A stretch of 32,000 nt of DNA, taken from contig JAQTTP010000006.1 in the NCBI GenBank assembly GCA_028710695.1, positions 1-32,000 on the forward strand, read 5' to 3'. Positions within the stretch are counted from its first letter, which is position 1; every line of letters starts with the position of its first letter. The notes beneath the pieces are model-generated. The model worked only from the letters and a program-made list of their open reading frames with translations, was not told the DNA's origin and did no database searches. This document shows, in pieces, positions 1 through 8,602 of this stretch. Position numbers and translations under genes: made by a program. Source of the DNA: Candidatus Iainarchaeum sp. (GTDB lineage Archaea > Iainarchaeota > Iainarchaeia > Iainarchaeales > 0-14-0-20-30-16).

Positions 1-882
1 ATTATTTCTAACAATGAATTTCATTTCATAACGTAAATCTGGCTTATCAGAACCATAAGTTTTTACTGCTTCATCGTATTTCATTCTTGGGAAAGGGACT
101 TTTAAGTTTATTCCCTTTATATCTTTGCAAATTCTCTTCATCATGCCCTCTAATAGGTTCATAACGTCTTCTTCTTTTATGAATGACATTTCTAGGTCTA
201 TTTGTGTGAATTCTGGCTGCCTATCTGCCCTTAAGTCCTCATCTCTAAAGCATCTGGCAACTTGGAAGTACTTATTCATCCCAGAAACCATCAAAATCTG
301 CTTGTAAAGCTGTGGGCTTTGTGGTAGAGCATAGAACTTGCCTTTGTTTACTCTTGAAGGAACTAGATAGTCTCTTGCCCCCTCTGGTGTGCTTTTCCCT
401 AAATAAGGGGTTTCAATCTCGTTAAATCCGCTTTCATATAAGAAATCTCTAATGACTTTTGTTGTTTTTGACCTTAATAGAAGGTTCTTTTGCATTTCTT
501 CTGTTCTTAAGTATAAATATCTGTATTTTTGGATTGTTTCTTCGGTGGGATTTATTTCTTTGATGTTTTTATTAGTGAAGGGCAAATCTTTAGCGATTGA
601 GTGAACTATTACTTCTTTTGCAACAAGCTCAAACTTTGTTTTATCATCCGCCTTTTGCTTTAATTCTCCTGTAAAAGATAGGCAGGATTCATCTGTAACG
701 TTTTTTAGGGATTCTAGTATTTTTTGGTCCTTAATTACCACTTGGATTTTGCCTGAAATGTCTCTTAGCTCAATAAATCCGATTTTTCCAAGTAATCTTG
801 CGGTGTTTACCCAGCCATTAACAGTTATGTCTTTGTTAAGGTTCTTTTCTTCGCTTGTTAGCTCCAAAATAGTTTTATTCAC
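1..882 (-). CDS. aspS: Aspartyl-tRNA synthetase, bacterial type; N-terminal 294 codons, with the 3' part running off the left edge
   Basis: Absent from the ORF track because it is truncated. My minus-strand translation from GTG (882-880; GGGGG SD-like run about 7 nt upstream) reads VNKTILELTSEEKNLNKDITVNGWVNTARLLGKIGFIELRD... (OB-fold anticodon-binding domain). It continues ...YLGKSTPEGARDYLVPSRVNKGKFYALPQSPQLYKQILMVSGMNKYFQVARCFRDEDLRADRQPEFTQIDLEMSF...YGSDKPDLR, the class II core as I remember it from bacterial AspRS. The frame is open to position 1. Confidence 0.9.
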   Translation of the reverse strand, partial: MNKTILELTSEEKNLNKDITVNGWVNTARLLGKIGFIELRDISGKIQVVIKDQKILESLKNVTDESCLSFTGELKQKADDKTKFELVAKEVIVHSIAKDLPFTNKNIKEINPTEETIQKYRYLYLRTEEMQKNLLLRSKTTKVIRDFLYESGFNEIETPYLGKSTPEGARDYLVPSRVNKGKFYALPQSPQLYKQILMVSGMNKYFQVARCFRDEDLRADRQPEFTQIDLEMSFIKEEDVMNLLEGMMKRICKDIKGINLKVPFPRMKYDEAVKTYGSDKPDLRYEMKFIVRNN

Positions 883-1154
883 TATAATTCCCCCGATTAT
901 ACATATATAATATATAGACTATTTAAATAAATTACCTCGGCCAGTAGGTGCCAAATCCGTTCCTGAGTTTCTTTGAATTGATGTTTTTTGATCTATTATT
1001 TGCCTTGTATTTGTCTTTTAGTTAAGTATGCTTGAACCCACGGTTCAACATACACTTTTGGCAGACCGTGCCTTTTTGTAAAAGGCTGGCATGAGACAAA
1101 TACTTTTAAGTATTTCCCTATAAACTATATTTATCTAATACTTTAGAACTGTAT

Positions 1155-1228
1155 GGCTGGGGTCGTCCAGTTGGTTAGGATAGGGGACTGTGGATCCCCT
1201 GACCCGGGTTCAAATCCCGGCCCCGGCC
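1155..1228 (+). tRNA. tRNA-His: tRNA-His (anticodon GUG) with genomically encoded G-1
   Basis: Cloverleaf folded by hand. Acceptor GCTGGGG (1156-1162) pairs with CCCCGGC (1221-1227). D stem is GTCC/GGAT. Anticodon stem GGGGA/TCCCC carries loop CTGTGGA, with anticodon GTG at 1190-1192. The variable loop is 4 nt (TGAC), the T arm is CCGGG-TTCAAAT-CCCGG, and the discriminator is C1228. The extra G1155 opposite C73 is the tRNA-His hallmark. There is no encoded CCA and no intron. A TATA-like TATATTTAT lies about 25-30 nt upstream. Confidence 0.9.
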
Positions 1229-1293
1229 CTCTTATTTTCTCTTTATAAGCTTTTGTCATTTGCCTTTATAATCCTATTTTTAGTATATAAAAT

Positions 1294-2283
1294 ATGGCAA
1301 ATTATCAGATTCTTGTTGAAAATATGTCAAAGACATTTTGGGTACCGGATAAGGTAGAAGGATTTCTTCCAAAAATAAAAAACATTTTCTGGAAAAAGAA
1401 AAAAGACAAAAAGGCAATACAAAATGTATCTTTTTCAATAAAACGTGGTGAACTTGTTGGCTATATTGGTGAAAATGGGTCTGGGAAGTCTACTACTATA
1501 AAAATGCTTGTTGGTATTTATCCTCCAACTTCTGGAAAAATAACTTGTTTAGGAAAGGATCCTTTTGAAGAAAGATTAAAATATGTAAAAGATATTGGGG
1601 TTGTTTTTGGAAATAGAAGTTTGTTAACTTTTGATATCGCCCCCAAATATTCTCTTGATTTGTATGCTGCAATTTACGATATCCCTGCAAAAAAAGCAAT
1701 AGATATATACACAAAATTTGCAAAAAAACTCAAAGTTGACCACTTATTGGATGTTCCAGTAAGAAAATTGTCTCTCGGAGAAAGAATGAAGTTTGAAATA
1801 ATTGCATCTTTGTTACATAATCCAAAAATAATTTTCTTGGATGAGCCCACTATTGGATTAGATTTATTGGCAAGAGAAGAAATGATTCAATTCTTAAAAA
1901 AAGTAAATGAACAAAATAAAACAACAATATTTTTAACAACACACAATATGGATGACATTGAAGAATTATGTAATAGAGTAATTATTGTTGATGACGGAAA
2001 AAAAGTGTATGACGGTCCAATAAAAAAAGTAAAACAAGCATATGCCAATTGGAAGAGAATAACCATTGTTTTTAGAAATAAATTTAAGCCCTTTGTGCAT
2101 AGATTTCCAGTTTTTGAAAAAAGAAAAGACTATCTGCAGTTCAAATGCCCAAATGACAAATTAAAACAAACAATCTCGCAAGTAGTAGATTGTTTTGATA
2201 TTATTGATCTGAAAATAGAAGAACCACAACTGAAAGAAATTGTAAAGAAAATCTATAAAGAAAAGATGGTGAAAGTTAAATGA
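1294..2283 (+). CDS. ABC transporter ATP-binding protein (ABC-2 type, COG4586-like)
   Basis: Walker A GENGSGKST, signature LSLGERMK, Walker B IIFLDEPT, H-loop TTHNM. Has a 4-nt ATGA overlap with the next gene. Confidence 0.9.
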   Translation: MANYQILVENMSKTFWVPDKVEGFLPKIKNIFWKKKKDKKAIQNVSFSIKRGELVGYIGENGSGKSTTIKMLVGIYPPTSGKITCLGKDPFEERLKYVKDIGVVFGNRSLLTFDIAPKYSLDLYAAIYDIPAKKAIDIYTKFAKKLKVDHLLDVPVRKLSLGERMKFEIIASLLHNPKIIFLDEPTIGLDLLAREEMIQFLKKVNEQNKTTIFLTTHNMDDIEELCNRVIIVDDGKKVYDGPIKKVKQAYANWKRITIVFRNKFKPFVHRFPVFEKRKDYLQFKCPNDKLKQTISQVVDCFDIIDLKIEEPQLKEIVKKIYKEKMVKVK

Positions 2284-3053
2284 GTATATTTAAGTTTAGA
2301 GTTTTTAAGGAATATTTTTTACAAACCTTTAGAGCCTGGGCAGAATATCCTCTAAATTTTGGAATTAGTTTGTTTTGGCCACTTTTTTCTTTGATAGTAT
2401 CATACTTTTTTTGGAGTATTGTTTTTAATACTGGGCAAGTTTTAAACTACAATGTTGAAAAAATGGTGTTGTATTATTTATTTTCTCTAGGCCTGTTTTA
2501 TGATTTTAATTTTGTAAGTTATCTGCGTAGGAAAATTATTGATGGAAGTATAACAAATATATTAGTACGAAAAACTTCTTTGGCAGAATATTTAATTTAT
2601 TGTTGTTTGTCCAGTTTTGCAATTTGGATGCTTGTTCCAATTTTTATTGTCTTAATTGTTGGGCTTTATTATTTGGGAATTAGTGCAATATTTGGATTGT
2701 TTATTTTTTTCTTTGGCTTAATTTTAGGTTGTTTGGTGTATTCTATTCTAATATCTACTTCGTTTTGGATAGGAGACAATTTTTCAATAATTCATATATT
2801 GGATGAATTTGTAGGTCTTACATCGGGGTCCTTTTTGCCCTTAGATCTTTTTCCCTCTATATTTTATACAATATCGGTTAATTATTTGCCATTTAATTTA
2901 ATGTTCTTTACTCCTGCAAAAGTATTTTTAGGGGATATGGCAATAACTTGGATTTTAATTGCTAAATATATACTTTGGATTGTTGCTTTGTATCTTGTCT
3001 TAAGATTTATGATTAAAAGAGGTCTTAGGAGATATGAACAATTGGGTGGTTAA
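2280..3053 (+). CDS. ABC-2 family transporter permease (ABC2_membrane_6 / COG4587-like)
   Basis: 257 aa with multiple hydrophobic helices and the characteristic C-terminal tail KRGLRRYEQLGG. Translationally coupled to the ATPase. Confidence 0.8.
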   Translation: MSIFKFRVFKEYFLQTFRAWAEYPLNFGISLFWPLFSLIVSYFFWSIVFNTGQVLNYNVEKMVLYYLFSLGLFYDFNFVSYLRRKIIDGSITNILVRKTSLAEYLIYCCLSSFAIWMLVPIFIVLIVGLYYLGISAIFGLFIFFFGLILGCLVYSILISTSFWIGDNFSIIHILDEFVGLTSGSFLPLDLFPSIFYTISVNYLPFNLMFFTPAKVFLGDMAITWILIAKYILWIVALYLVLRFMIKRGLRRYEQLGG

Positions 3054-3836
3054 TTGGCTATATTCAGAATATTGTGGAACAACTTTAGAAATGAATTTTA
3101 TAAACTTTGGGAATACCGAGTTAATGTTTTTATGTTTCCAGTTTTGGAATTAATTTATTTAGGGATAGAAATACTGTCTTTATATGTGATTTTTTTGTAT
3201 GTGCCCGACGTTTTGGGGCTAACATTTTATGATCTTTCATTATATGTAACTATTTCAAATGCAAGCATAATGGCAATATCTGGATTTGGTATTTGGATTA
3301 TACAATCAGTTACTTCCGGTAGTTTGAATAATTTGCTGATTCGCCCCGCAAATGAACTTTTATTAATGACTGAATTTAATTTATATGGGATAATGAGTAC
3401 TGTTTTTTCAGTTATTTTATTAATCGTTTTGTGTATTATTTTCCCCCAGAAAATTACTTTTTTAAATTTTATTTTAATGTCAATAACTCTAATTATTTCA
3501 TTACCCCTATTTTTGTTACCAGTACTTACAATTAGATCTTTGTCATTTTGGTTTGGGCCTGTTTATCCATTAGAAAGTGCATTTAGGTCGATTACTCAAA
3601 GTTTTCGTGAGTACCCTATGATAATCTTATCCCGTGTTTTCTTTGTTGTTTTTGTTTCTATTACCCCCGTGGGATATCTTGGTTGGTATTTATCTTTAAT
3701 GATTCTTATTGGAAAAGTTTCTTATTCTTGGATGCTTTGGATGTGGCTGTTGACAATTGTTCTTGATGTCCTTATGTGGTTTGTGTTTAGATTTGTTTAC
3801 AAAAGAGGATTAAGAAGATATGAGGGTTTCGCATGA
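3054..3836 (+). CDS. ABC-2 family transporter permease, second subunit (COG3694-like)
   Basis: Polytopic membrane protein ending KRGLRRYEGFA, paralogous in layout to the preceding gene. The TTG start sits directly after the upstream TAA, with GGGTGGT SD-like sequence at 3044-3050. Confidence 0.75.
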   Translation: MAIFRILWNNFRNEFYKLWEYRVNVFMFPVLELIYLGIEILSLYVIFLYVPDVLGLTFYDLSLYVTISNASIMAISGFGIWIIQSVTSGSLNNLLIRPANELLLMTEFNLYGIMSTVFSVILLIVLCIIFPQKITFLNFILMSITLIISLPLFLLPVLTIRSLSFWFGPVYPLESAFRSITQSFREYPMIILSRVFFVVFVSITPVGYLGWYLSLMILIGKVSYSWMLWMWLLTIVLDVLMWFVFRFVYKRGLRRYEGFA

Positions 3837-4450
3837 GATCAAACGCAAAAAATATGTGGGTAGTAAAAACTGAAAGACCTGAAGAGATTTATAAAAATCC
3901 GGAAATCTTTTACACAAAAGAGGAAGCAGAAAGATACTCAAATTCAAGTGGTATGAAAAATACCCAACACAAAATTGCAAAAAGAGTTTTGCAACTTCTT
4001 GAAATTGAAAATGGAAAAGGAAAGACTCTACTTGATCTTGGTTGCGGAACAGGAAATACTCTTGAAGTCTTTGAAGAGTCTGAGTTTAATTGTGTTGGCT
4101 TAGATATCTCAAAAGAGATGCTTAAGTTTGCAAAAGAAAAAGGCTTTAAGACTAAGCAAGGTAGCATAACAGAATTGCATAAATTTTTCCCTATAAGCAA
4201 GTTTGATTTTGTAATTTCTATTTCTGCTTTGCAATGGCTTAAAGAAAAAAAAGAATACCAAAAAGCAATTAGTTCTATCTCTTGGGTTTTGAAAAAAAAC
4301 GGAAAATGTGTAATTCAATTTTATCCCGGGACAGAAAAAGAATTAGAACTTGTAAGAAATGTTATCTTGGATGCGGGTTATACACTAGAAACTATTATTG
4401 ATAACCCTGATAACCCAAGAAAGAGATTGGTGTTCTTGGTGTTTTACTGA
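3833..4450 (+). CDS. Bud23/WBSCR22-like SAM-dependent methyltransferase (putative SSU rRNA m7G methyltransferase)
   Basis: NPEIFYTKEEAERYSNSSGMKNTQHKIAKRVLQLL, LLDLGCGTGN (motif I), ISISALQWL, NGKCVIQFYP and IIDNPDNPRKRLVFLVF. These line up, from memory, with yeast Bud23 PPEIFYNDSEAHKYTGSTRVQHIQAKMTLRALELL / LDIGCGSGLSG / ISISAIQWL / GGKFVAQFYP / VVDDPESKKNKKYYLVL. ATGA overlap with the permease. Confidence 0.75.
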   Translation: MRSNAKNMWVVKTERPEEIYKNPEIFYTKEEAERYSNSSGMKNTQHKIAKRVLQLLEIENGKGKTLLDLGCGTGNTLEVFEESEFNCVGLDISKEMLKFAKEKGFKTKQGSITELHKFFPISKFDFVISISALQWLKEKKEYQKAISSISWVLKKNGKCVIQFYPGTEKELELVRNVILDAGYTLETIIDNPDNPRKRLVFLVFY

Positions 4451-4459
4451 TTTTATTTT

Positions 4460-4666
4460 TTATGCTTTTTTGACTACGTGGGCAATTACGGATATTGCAA
4501 ATAATATTACAAATACTAATGCTAACCATTTTGCAATTGTATATGATGTTCCAGAAATATTTCCAAATCCAAGTATTCCCGCAATAATTGCAATAACTAA
4601 AAATACTATTGCAAAAAACAGCCACGTTCCAAAACCCTTCTCATTCATTTTATTTTTTTCGTCCAT
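4460..4666 (-). CDS. UPF0391/DUF1328 family small membrane protein
   Basis: 68 aa with two hydrophobic helices around [28 protein letters not shown]. This matches the DUF1328 pattern (..LGFGGIAG...IAKILFF..). Confidence 0.75.
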   Translation of the reverse strand: MDEKNKMNEKGFGTWLFFAIVFLVIAIIAGILGFGNISGTSYTIAKWLALVFVILFAISVIAHVVKKA

Positions 4667-4746
4667 TATAATCTATTGTATGGTGGAGCTTATATGAGGG
4701 TTGGAGTAATTTGTTGTGTTTTCTCTGTTTTTTGGTGTTTTACTAA

Positions 4747-5475
4747 TTATTTCTTTGCATTCTCCCAAACATCTTCAAAGAATTCTTTGTAGCCTTTTGC
4801 ATTTTCTGCTGAATTTATTACAAAAGCAGTTGGCTTTTCTCCCCAAACAAAAGTCATGATTGAATCTTTGTAAATGTAAATTCCAGTAGGTAACTTTATA
4901 CTTGTGTATCTTGGATGCATTCCTGTGTAAAGGTGATGTTTTTCTATTACTTTTTTTGATTTTGTGTCAAAAATAAGTCTTGCAGTAATTCCTCTTTTCA
5001 TTCTTCTGTGATGATAATGATAAAAAAACTTTTTTACATCATCTTGACCCAAAACAGTATTAAAACCAAGAACAAAGTATTCTCCTTTGTCCCCCACGGA
5101 GTCTAGCATTTTATCAAAAGCAGCATTAACTCCTTTTATGCCCTCATAAACTTCTGCTGTTTGGGATTTTTCTACTGTATTGTATTTTTGCTTTAGCTCT
5201 GCAATTGCTTCTTCTGCAACTTTTTCTTTTTCTTTTACAAAATCTAACAAGGCATCTGGGCTAGATGGCTGGAAATATTTTACACTTGATTTTAAAATAA
5301 AGCTTACAAGTCCCTTTTCAATGAGCTTGTCTAATGTTTCGTAGATCTTACAATTAGGGATTTCTGAGCGTTTTGATAATGGGCCTGTTGTTGTGGAGCC
5401 CAGTACTAATAATGCAAGGTAAACCTTGATTTCTCTTTCGGTTAGCCCCAAATTTAGAAGTAGTTCTTTTTCCAT
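4747..5475 (-). CDS. TrmB-family transcriptional regulator (paralog 1)
   Basis: N-terminal wHTH MEKELLLNLGLTEREIKVYLALLVLGSTTTGPLSKRSEIPNCKIYETLDKLIEKGLV plus a C-terminal domain of about 150 aa. I moved the start to ATG 5475 (M35 of the track ORF) because all three paralogs then share the same N-terminus, M-x8-G-L-(T/S). TTTATAAA lies about 25 nt upstream. Confidence 0.8.
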   Translation of the reverse strand: MEKELLLNLGLTEREIKVYLALLVLGSTTTGPLSKRSEIPNCKIYETLDKLIEKGLVSFILKSSVKYFQPSSPDALLDFVKEKEKVAEEAIAELKQKYNTVEKSQTAEVYEGIKGVNAAFDKMLDSVGDKGEYFVLGFNTVLGQDDVKKFFYHYHHRRMKRGITARLIFDTKSKKVIEKHHLYTGMHPRYTSIKLPTGIYIYKDSIMTFVWGEKPTAFVINSAENAKGYKEFFEDVWENAKK

Positions 5476-5514
5476 GATAAGTAAATGATTGATTATCTTT
5501 ATAAATTGCTTGTT

Positions 5515-5535
5515 TTTACTGCCAACGGTGGTAAA
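5515..5535. promoter_or_regulatory. Candidate operator: imperfect palindrome TTTAC-N11-GTAAA containing GGTGGTAA, between divergent TATA boxes
   Basis: TTTACTGCCAACGGTGGTAAA lies between TTTATAAA (5498-5505, serving the minus-strand trmB) and TATATAT (5541-5547, serving the plus-strand ABC operon). GGTGG(T/G)AA recurs in the other two TrmB intergenic regions. Confidence 0.3.
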
Positions 5536-5597
5536 TGCAGTATATATCAAACGAAGGATCAAGGTATTATTATGCACACATATTGTGAGGTGGATAT

Positions 5598-6584
5598 ATG
5601 AAAGTTAATTTGAAAATTATAATTGGAATTGTGGTAGTTTGTGTAATTGCAGCAATAATTTTAGCAACAAGTCTAACTGCAAAAGGTAGTGAAGTAGTGA
5701 AGTTTGGATATTTGCCTGTAGTTCAAGGTTCTCCATTATATCTTGCTGTAGAAGAAGGATATTTTGAAGAGGTGGGTATAGAAGTAGAATTGACAAGTTT
5801 TGATTCTCCAAACCAAATAATTGATGCTTTTTTACAAGGTCAAATTGATATTGGGCCGCCAAGTATTGCCGCAGGAATAACTGGAATTGCAGAAACAAAG
5901 AACCCCGGGAAAATGAAAATATATGCTTTGGCAGGCGGAGATAAAAATAATGGTGCTGCAAATCTTTTTGTAACGCCAGATAGTGAAATAAAAGAGATAT
6001 CAGAATTAAAAGGAAAGAAAGTTGGTATCCTTGGTGGAACTATACAATGGAGAACAATTGCAAGAGAAATTTTTGCACAAAACGGATTGGACATGGATAA
6101 AGACCTAATAATATTTGAACTTGCGCCAGGATTACAAGTGCAGGCATTAGCATCAAAACAGATTGACGCATTGCTTGCATTAGAACCAGTTTCAACTGTT
6201 GTAAAAAATAAAGGTGTTGGAAAAATATTGGTTTCTGCGCCCTGTGAAAAGTTAATTGCTGAACCATTTTATGCTGGTGCGGGAGTAATAAGTACAAAAT
6301 TTTTGAAAGAGAGTCCTGAAACAGCAAAAAAAGTAATTGAGATTATGGAAAAAGCAATAAAAGCAATAAAGGAAGATCCAGAACTTGAAAGAAAGTATTT
6401 GAGTAAGTATACATCAGTTGATGATGTTCTTGCACAAAAAGTTCCAAATACGATATTCAAAATGTATTCTGAATTTGATGAAAAAGATTTTGAAGCAGTT
6501 CAAAAGTTTTATGACATTTTCAAAAAATATAATGTTGTAGACTCGGAAATAAATTTCAAAAATTTTGTTTATACAGAAAACTAA
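5598..6584 (+). CDS. ABC transporter substrate-binding protein, NMT1/THI5-SsuA/TauA-like, membrane-anchored
   Basis: N-terminal anchor KIIIGIVVVCVIAAIILATSL, then VKFGYLPVVQGSPLYLAVEEGYFEEVGIEVEL...F.SPNQIIDAFLQGQIDIG, typical of NitT/TauT-family binding proteins. SD GAGGTGGA upstream. Confidence 0.8.
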   Translation: MKVNLKIIIGIVVVCVIAAIILATSLTAKGSEVVKFGYLPVVQGSPLYLAVEEGYFEEVGIEVELTSFDSPNQIIDAFLQGQIDIGPPSIAAGITGIAETKNPGKMKIYALAGGDKNNGAANLFVTPDSEIKEISELKGKKVGILGGTIQWRTIAREIFAQNGLDMDKDLIIFELAPGLQVQALASKQIDALLALEPVSTVVKNKGVGKILVSAPCEKLIAEPFYAGAGVISTKFLKESPETAKKVIEIMEKAIKAIKEDPELERKYLSKYTSVDDVLAQKVPNTIFKMYSEFDEKDFEAVQKFYDIFKKYNVVDSEINFKNFVYTEN

Positions 6585-6601
6585 AAGCAAAGGGTGATGT
6601 T

Positions 6602-7351
6602 ATGCATTTCCACATTCAAATGAAAGATCTTGAAAAAAGATACGGGCCTGAAAAAATAATTGATAACATTACAACCAACATTGCAAAAAATACAATTACT
6701 GCAATTGTTGGTCCAAATGGATGTGGAAAAACAACATTACTAAACATACTTTCTGGGTTGGATAATAACTATGGCGGGGATTACACAATAAAAAGCCCAG
6801 ATTCAAACTCAATGAGTTACATCTTCCAGAATTATCGTGATTCTTTGTTGCCTTGGAGGACAAATTACAAAAATATAACCTTGCCTCTGGAAATTCAGGG
6901 TTATTCAAAAAAAGAAATTGCGGACAAAGTTGAAGAAATGAAAAACCTTGGGCTTGAATTTGATCCCAATCAATATTCATATAATTTAAGTGGCGGGCAA
7001 CAACAAATGCTTGCTTTTACAAGGGCAGTAATAAACAACCCCAAATTGCTTTTTATTGATGAGCCTTTTTCTGCATTGGATTATGAAAACAATTTGAAGC
7101 TTAGAGATCATTTACAAAAATATTATCTGAAATATAAGCCAACGATTGTTATGATAACGCACAATCTGGAGGAAGCAGTTCACCTGGCGAATAATATTAT
7201 TGTGTTATCAAAAAAGCCAACAAGAATAGCAAAGATAATAGAAAATCAAGCCCCCTATCCTAGAAATTTGGATTATCTGAAATCTGATGAATTTAATAAA
7301 GTAAAATCACAAGTATTTTCTGCGTTCCAGGATACAGTGATAAAAACATGA
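6602..7351 (+). CDS. ABC transporter ATP-binding protein (NitT/TauT family, SsuB/TauB-like)
   Basis: Walker A GPNGCGKTT, signature LSGGQQQM, Walker B LLFIDEPFSALD, H-loop ITHN. SD GGGTGAT upstream. Confidence 0.9.
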   Translation: MHFHIQMKDLEKRYGPEKIIDNITTNIAKNTITAIVGPNGCGKTTLLNILSGLDNNYGGDYTIKSPDSNSMSYIFQNYRDSLLPWRTNYKNITLPLEIQGYSKKEIADKVEEMKNLGLEFDPNQYSYNLSGGQQQMLAFTRAVINNPKLLFIDEPFSALDYENNLKLRDHLQKYYLKYKPTIVMITHNLEEAVHLANNIIVLSKKPTRIAKIIENQAPYPRNLDYLKSDEFNKVKSQVFSAFQDTVIKT

Positions 7352-8094
7352 AAAAAATATATTTTCTAATAGGCCCAATTGTTTTTATTGTGATTTGGGA
7401 ACTAGTTTATTTATCCCAGATAATTAATAATTTCTTTTTGCCATCTCCGCAAGAAGTATTTTTATCTTTAATTACTTTGTTTTCTTCTCTGTCAATATTT
7501 CTTGACTTGGGGATCACAGCACAAAGAGTGTTTATTTCTCTGACCTTAGCAATAATTATTGGTTTTCCTATTGGGCTTTTGTTAGGATATTATGAAAAAG
7601 TATATGCTTCTTTGGAAGTCTTGATTGATTTTTTTAGATCTATTCCGCCAATTGCTCTATTTCCCTTATTTGTACTAATTCTTGGAATAGGGGATAGCTC
7701 AAAAATCGGGGCTGCTATTTTTGCTGCTACTTTGTTAATAATATTTAATACTGCAAAAGGGATTATAAATACAAAGAAAACAAGAATTCTTGCAGCAAAG
7801 CTAATGGGTGCAACAAAGAAACAGATTTTTGGAAAAATCTTGCTGTGGGAAAGTCTACCACAAACAATAATTGGGCTAAGAACTGCGGCAAGTTTTTCAC
7901 TTGTTGTAATTGTGGCTACTGAAATGTTTATTGGCACATATGCAGGCTTGGGAAGAAGAATAATTGATTTTCAATATATCTACAATGTAAGTGGAATGTA
8001 TGCAGTAATCCTAATCACTGGCCTTTTCGGGTTTGCATTAAATTTTGTCTTTATTTGGTTAGAGAAAAGATATGTACACTGGTATGGGAAATGA
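7348..8094 (+). CDS. ABC transporter permease (SsuC/TauC-like, BPD_transp_1)
   Basis: Six-helix permease with an EAA-like loop region AAKLMGATKKQIFGKILLWESLPQTIIGLR. ATGA overlap with the ATPase. Confidence 0.85.
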   Translation: MKKIYFLIGPIVFIVIWELVYLSQIINNFFLPSPQEVFLSLITLFSSLSIFLDLGITAQRVFISLTLAIIIGFPIGLLLGYYEKVYASLEVLIDFFRSIPPIALFPLFVLILGIGDSSKIGAAIFAATLLIIFNTAKGIINTKKTRILAAKLMGATKKQIFGKILLWESLPQTIIGLRTAASFSLVVIVATEMFIGTYAGLGRRIIDFQYIYNVSGMYAVILITGLFGFALNFVFIWLEKRYVHWYGK

Positions 8095-8122
8095 ATTTAT
8101 ATTTCTTATACTTATTTGTTAC

Positions 8123-8599
8123 ATGGCATCTTTAACTATTAAACAAGCAAATAGAGAAAACCTAAAAGATCTTGATTTTATACGTGAGTGTAAGTTGCCT
8201 AAATTGCATGAAAAAAGATTTATATTTCAAGACAAAGGCAAATCAAATTATTATATTTTCTTTAAAGATGGAATTCCTGTTGGGCATGTTGATGTTATCT
8301 TTAAATCTAGAATAAAATATCATAAGTGTCCAGTCCTACAAGATCTTTATGTTAAAAAGTCTGAACGAAAGAAAGGCTTTGGTAAGAATATTTTGAACCA
8401 AGTAGGGAAGAAACTAAAGCCAATGGGCTACAAGTATATGGGCCTAGATGTAGAAAAAAAAGAACCAGGACTAAGAAAATTTTATGAATCTTGTGGCTTT
8501 AAAGTATATGGTGAGCCACATAGACAAATATGGATTGAGAAAGATAACAACAATAAAAAGATTTCTGCAATAATATTTCATTTGGGGCTGAAATTGTAG
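8123..8599 (+). CDS. GNAT-family N-acetyltransferase
   Basis: Acetyl-CoA binding core LQDLYVKKSERKKGFGKNILNQV ... KFYESCGFKV. I chose ATG 8123 rather than 8072 to avoid overlap with the permease and a hydrophobic junk N-terminus. Confidence 0.65.
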   Translation: MASLTIKQANRENLKDLDFIRECKLPKLHEKRFIFQDKGKSNYYIFFKDGIPVGHVDVIFKSRIKYHKCPVLQDLYVKKSERKKGFGKNILNQVGKKLKPMGYKYMGLDVEKKEPGLRKFYESCGFKVYGEPHRQIWIEKDNNNKKISAIIFHLGLKL

Positions 8600-8602
8600 T
8601 TT

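Noticed and set aside
125-307. 60-aa plus-strand ORF in the track
   Set aside because: It lies entirely antisense to the strongly supported aspS frame, has no SD or promoter, and has a low-complexity S/I-rich sequence. It is a shadow ORF.
1032-1053. GGTTCAA-containing hairpin as a partial tRNA copy or integration att site next to tRNA-His
   Set aside because: The similarity to the tRNA-His 3' half is limited to a few bases. It lies upstream rather than downstream of the tRNA, and no integrase or mobile-element genes are present.
4395-4697. The 99-aa (+) and 76-aa (-) ORFs overlapping 4460-4666
   Set aside because: Only the 68-aa minus-strand frame gives a recognisable family (UPF0391/DUF1328). 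The others are overlapping alternative frames.
5476-5577. 34-codon N-terminal extension of TrmB#1 (track start at 5577)
   Set aside because: The extension (MHNNTLILRLIYTAFTTVGSKNKQF...) has no counterpart in the two paralogs. It would also swallow the TTTATAAA box and the candidate operator. The internal ATG 5475 restores the shared N-terminus.
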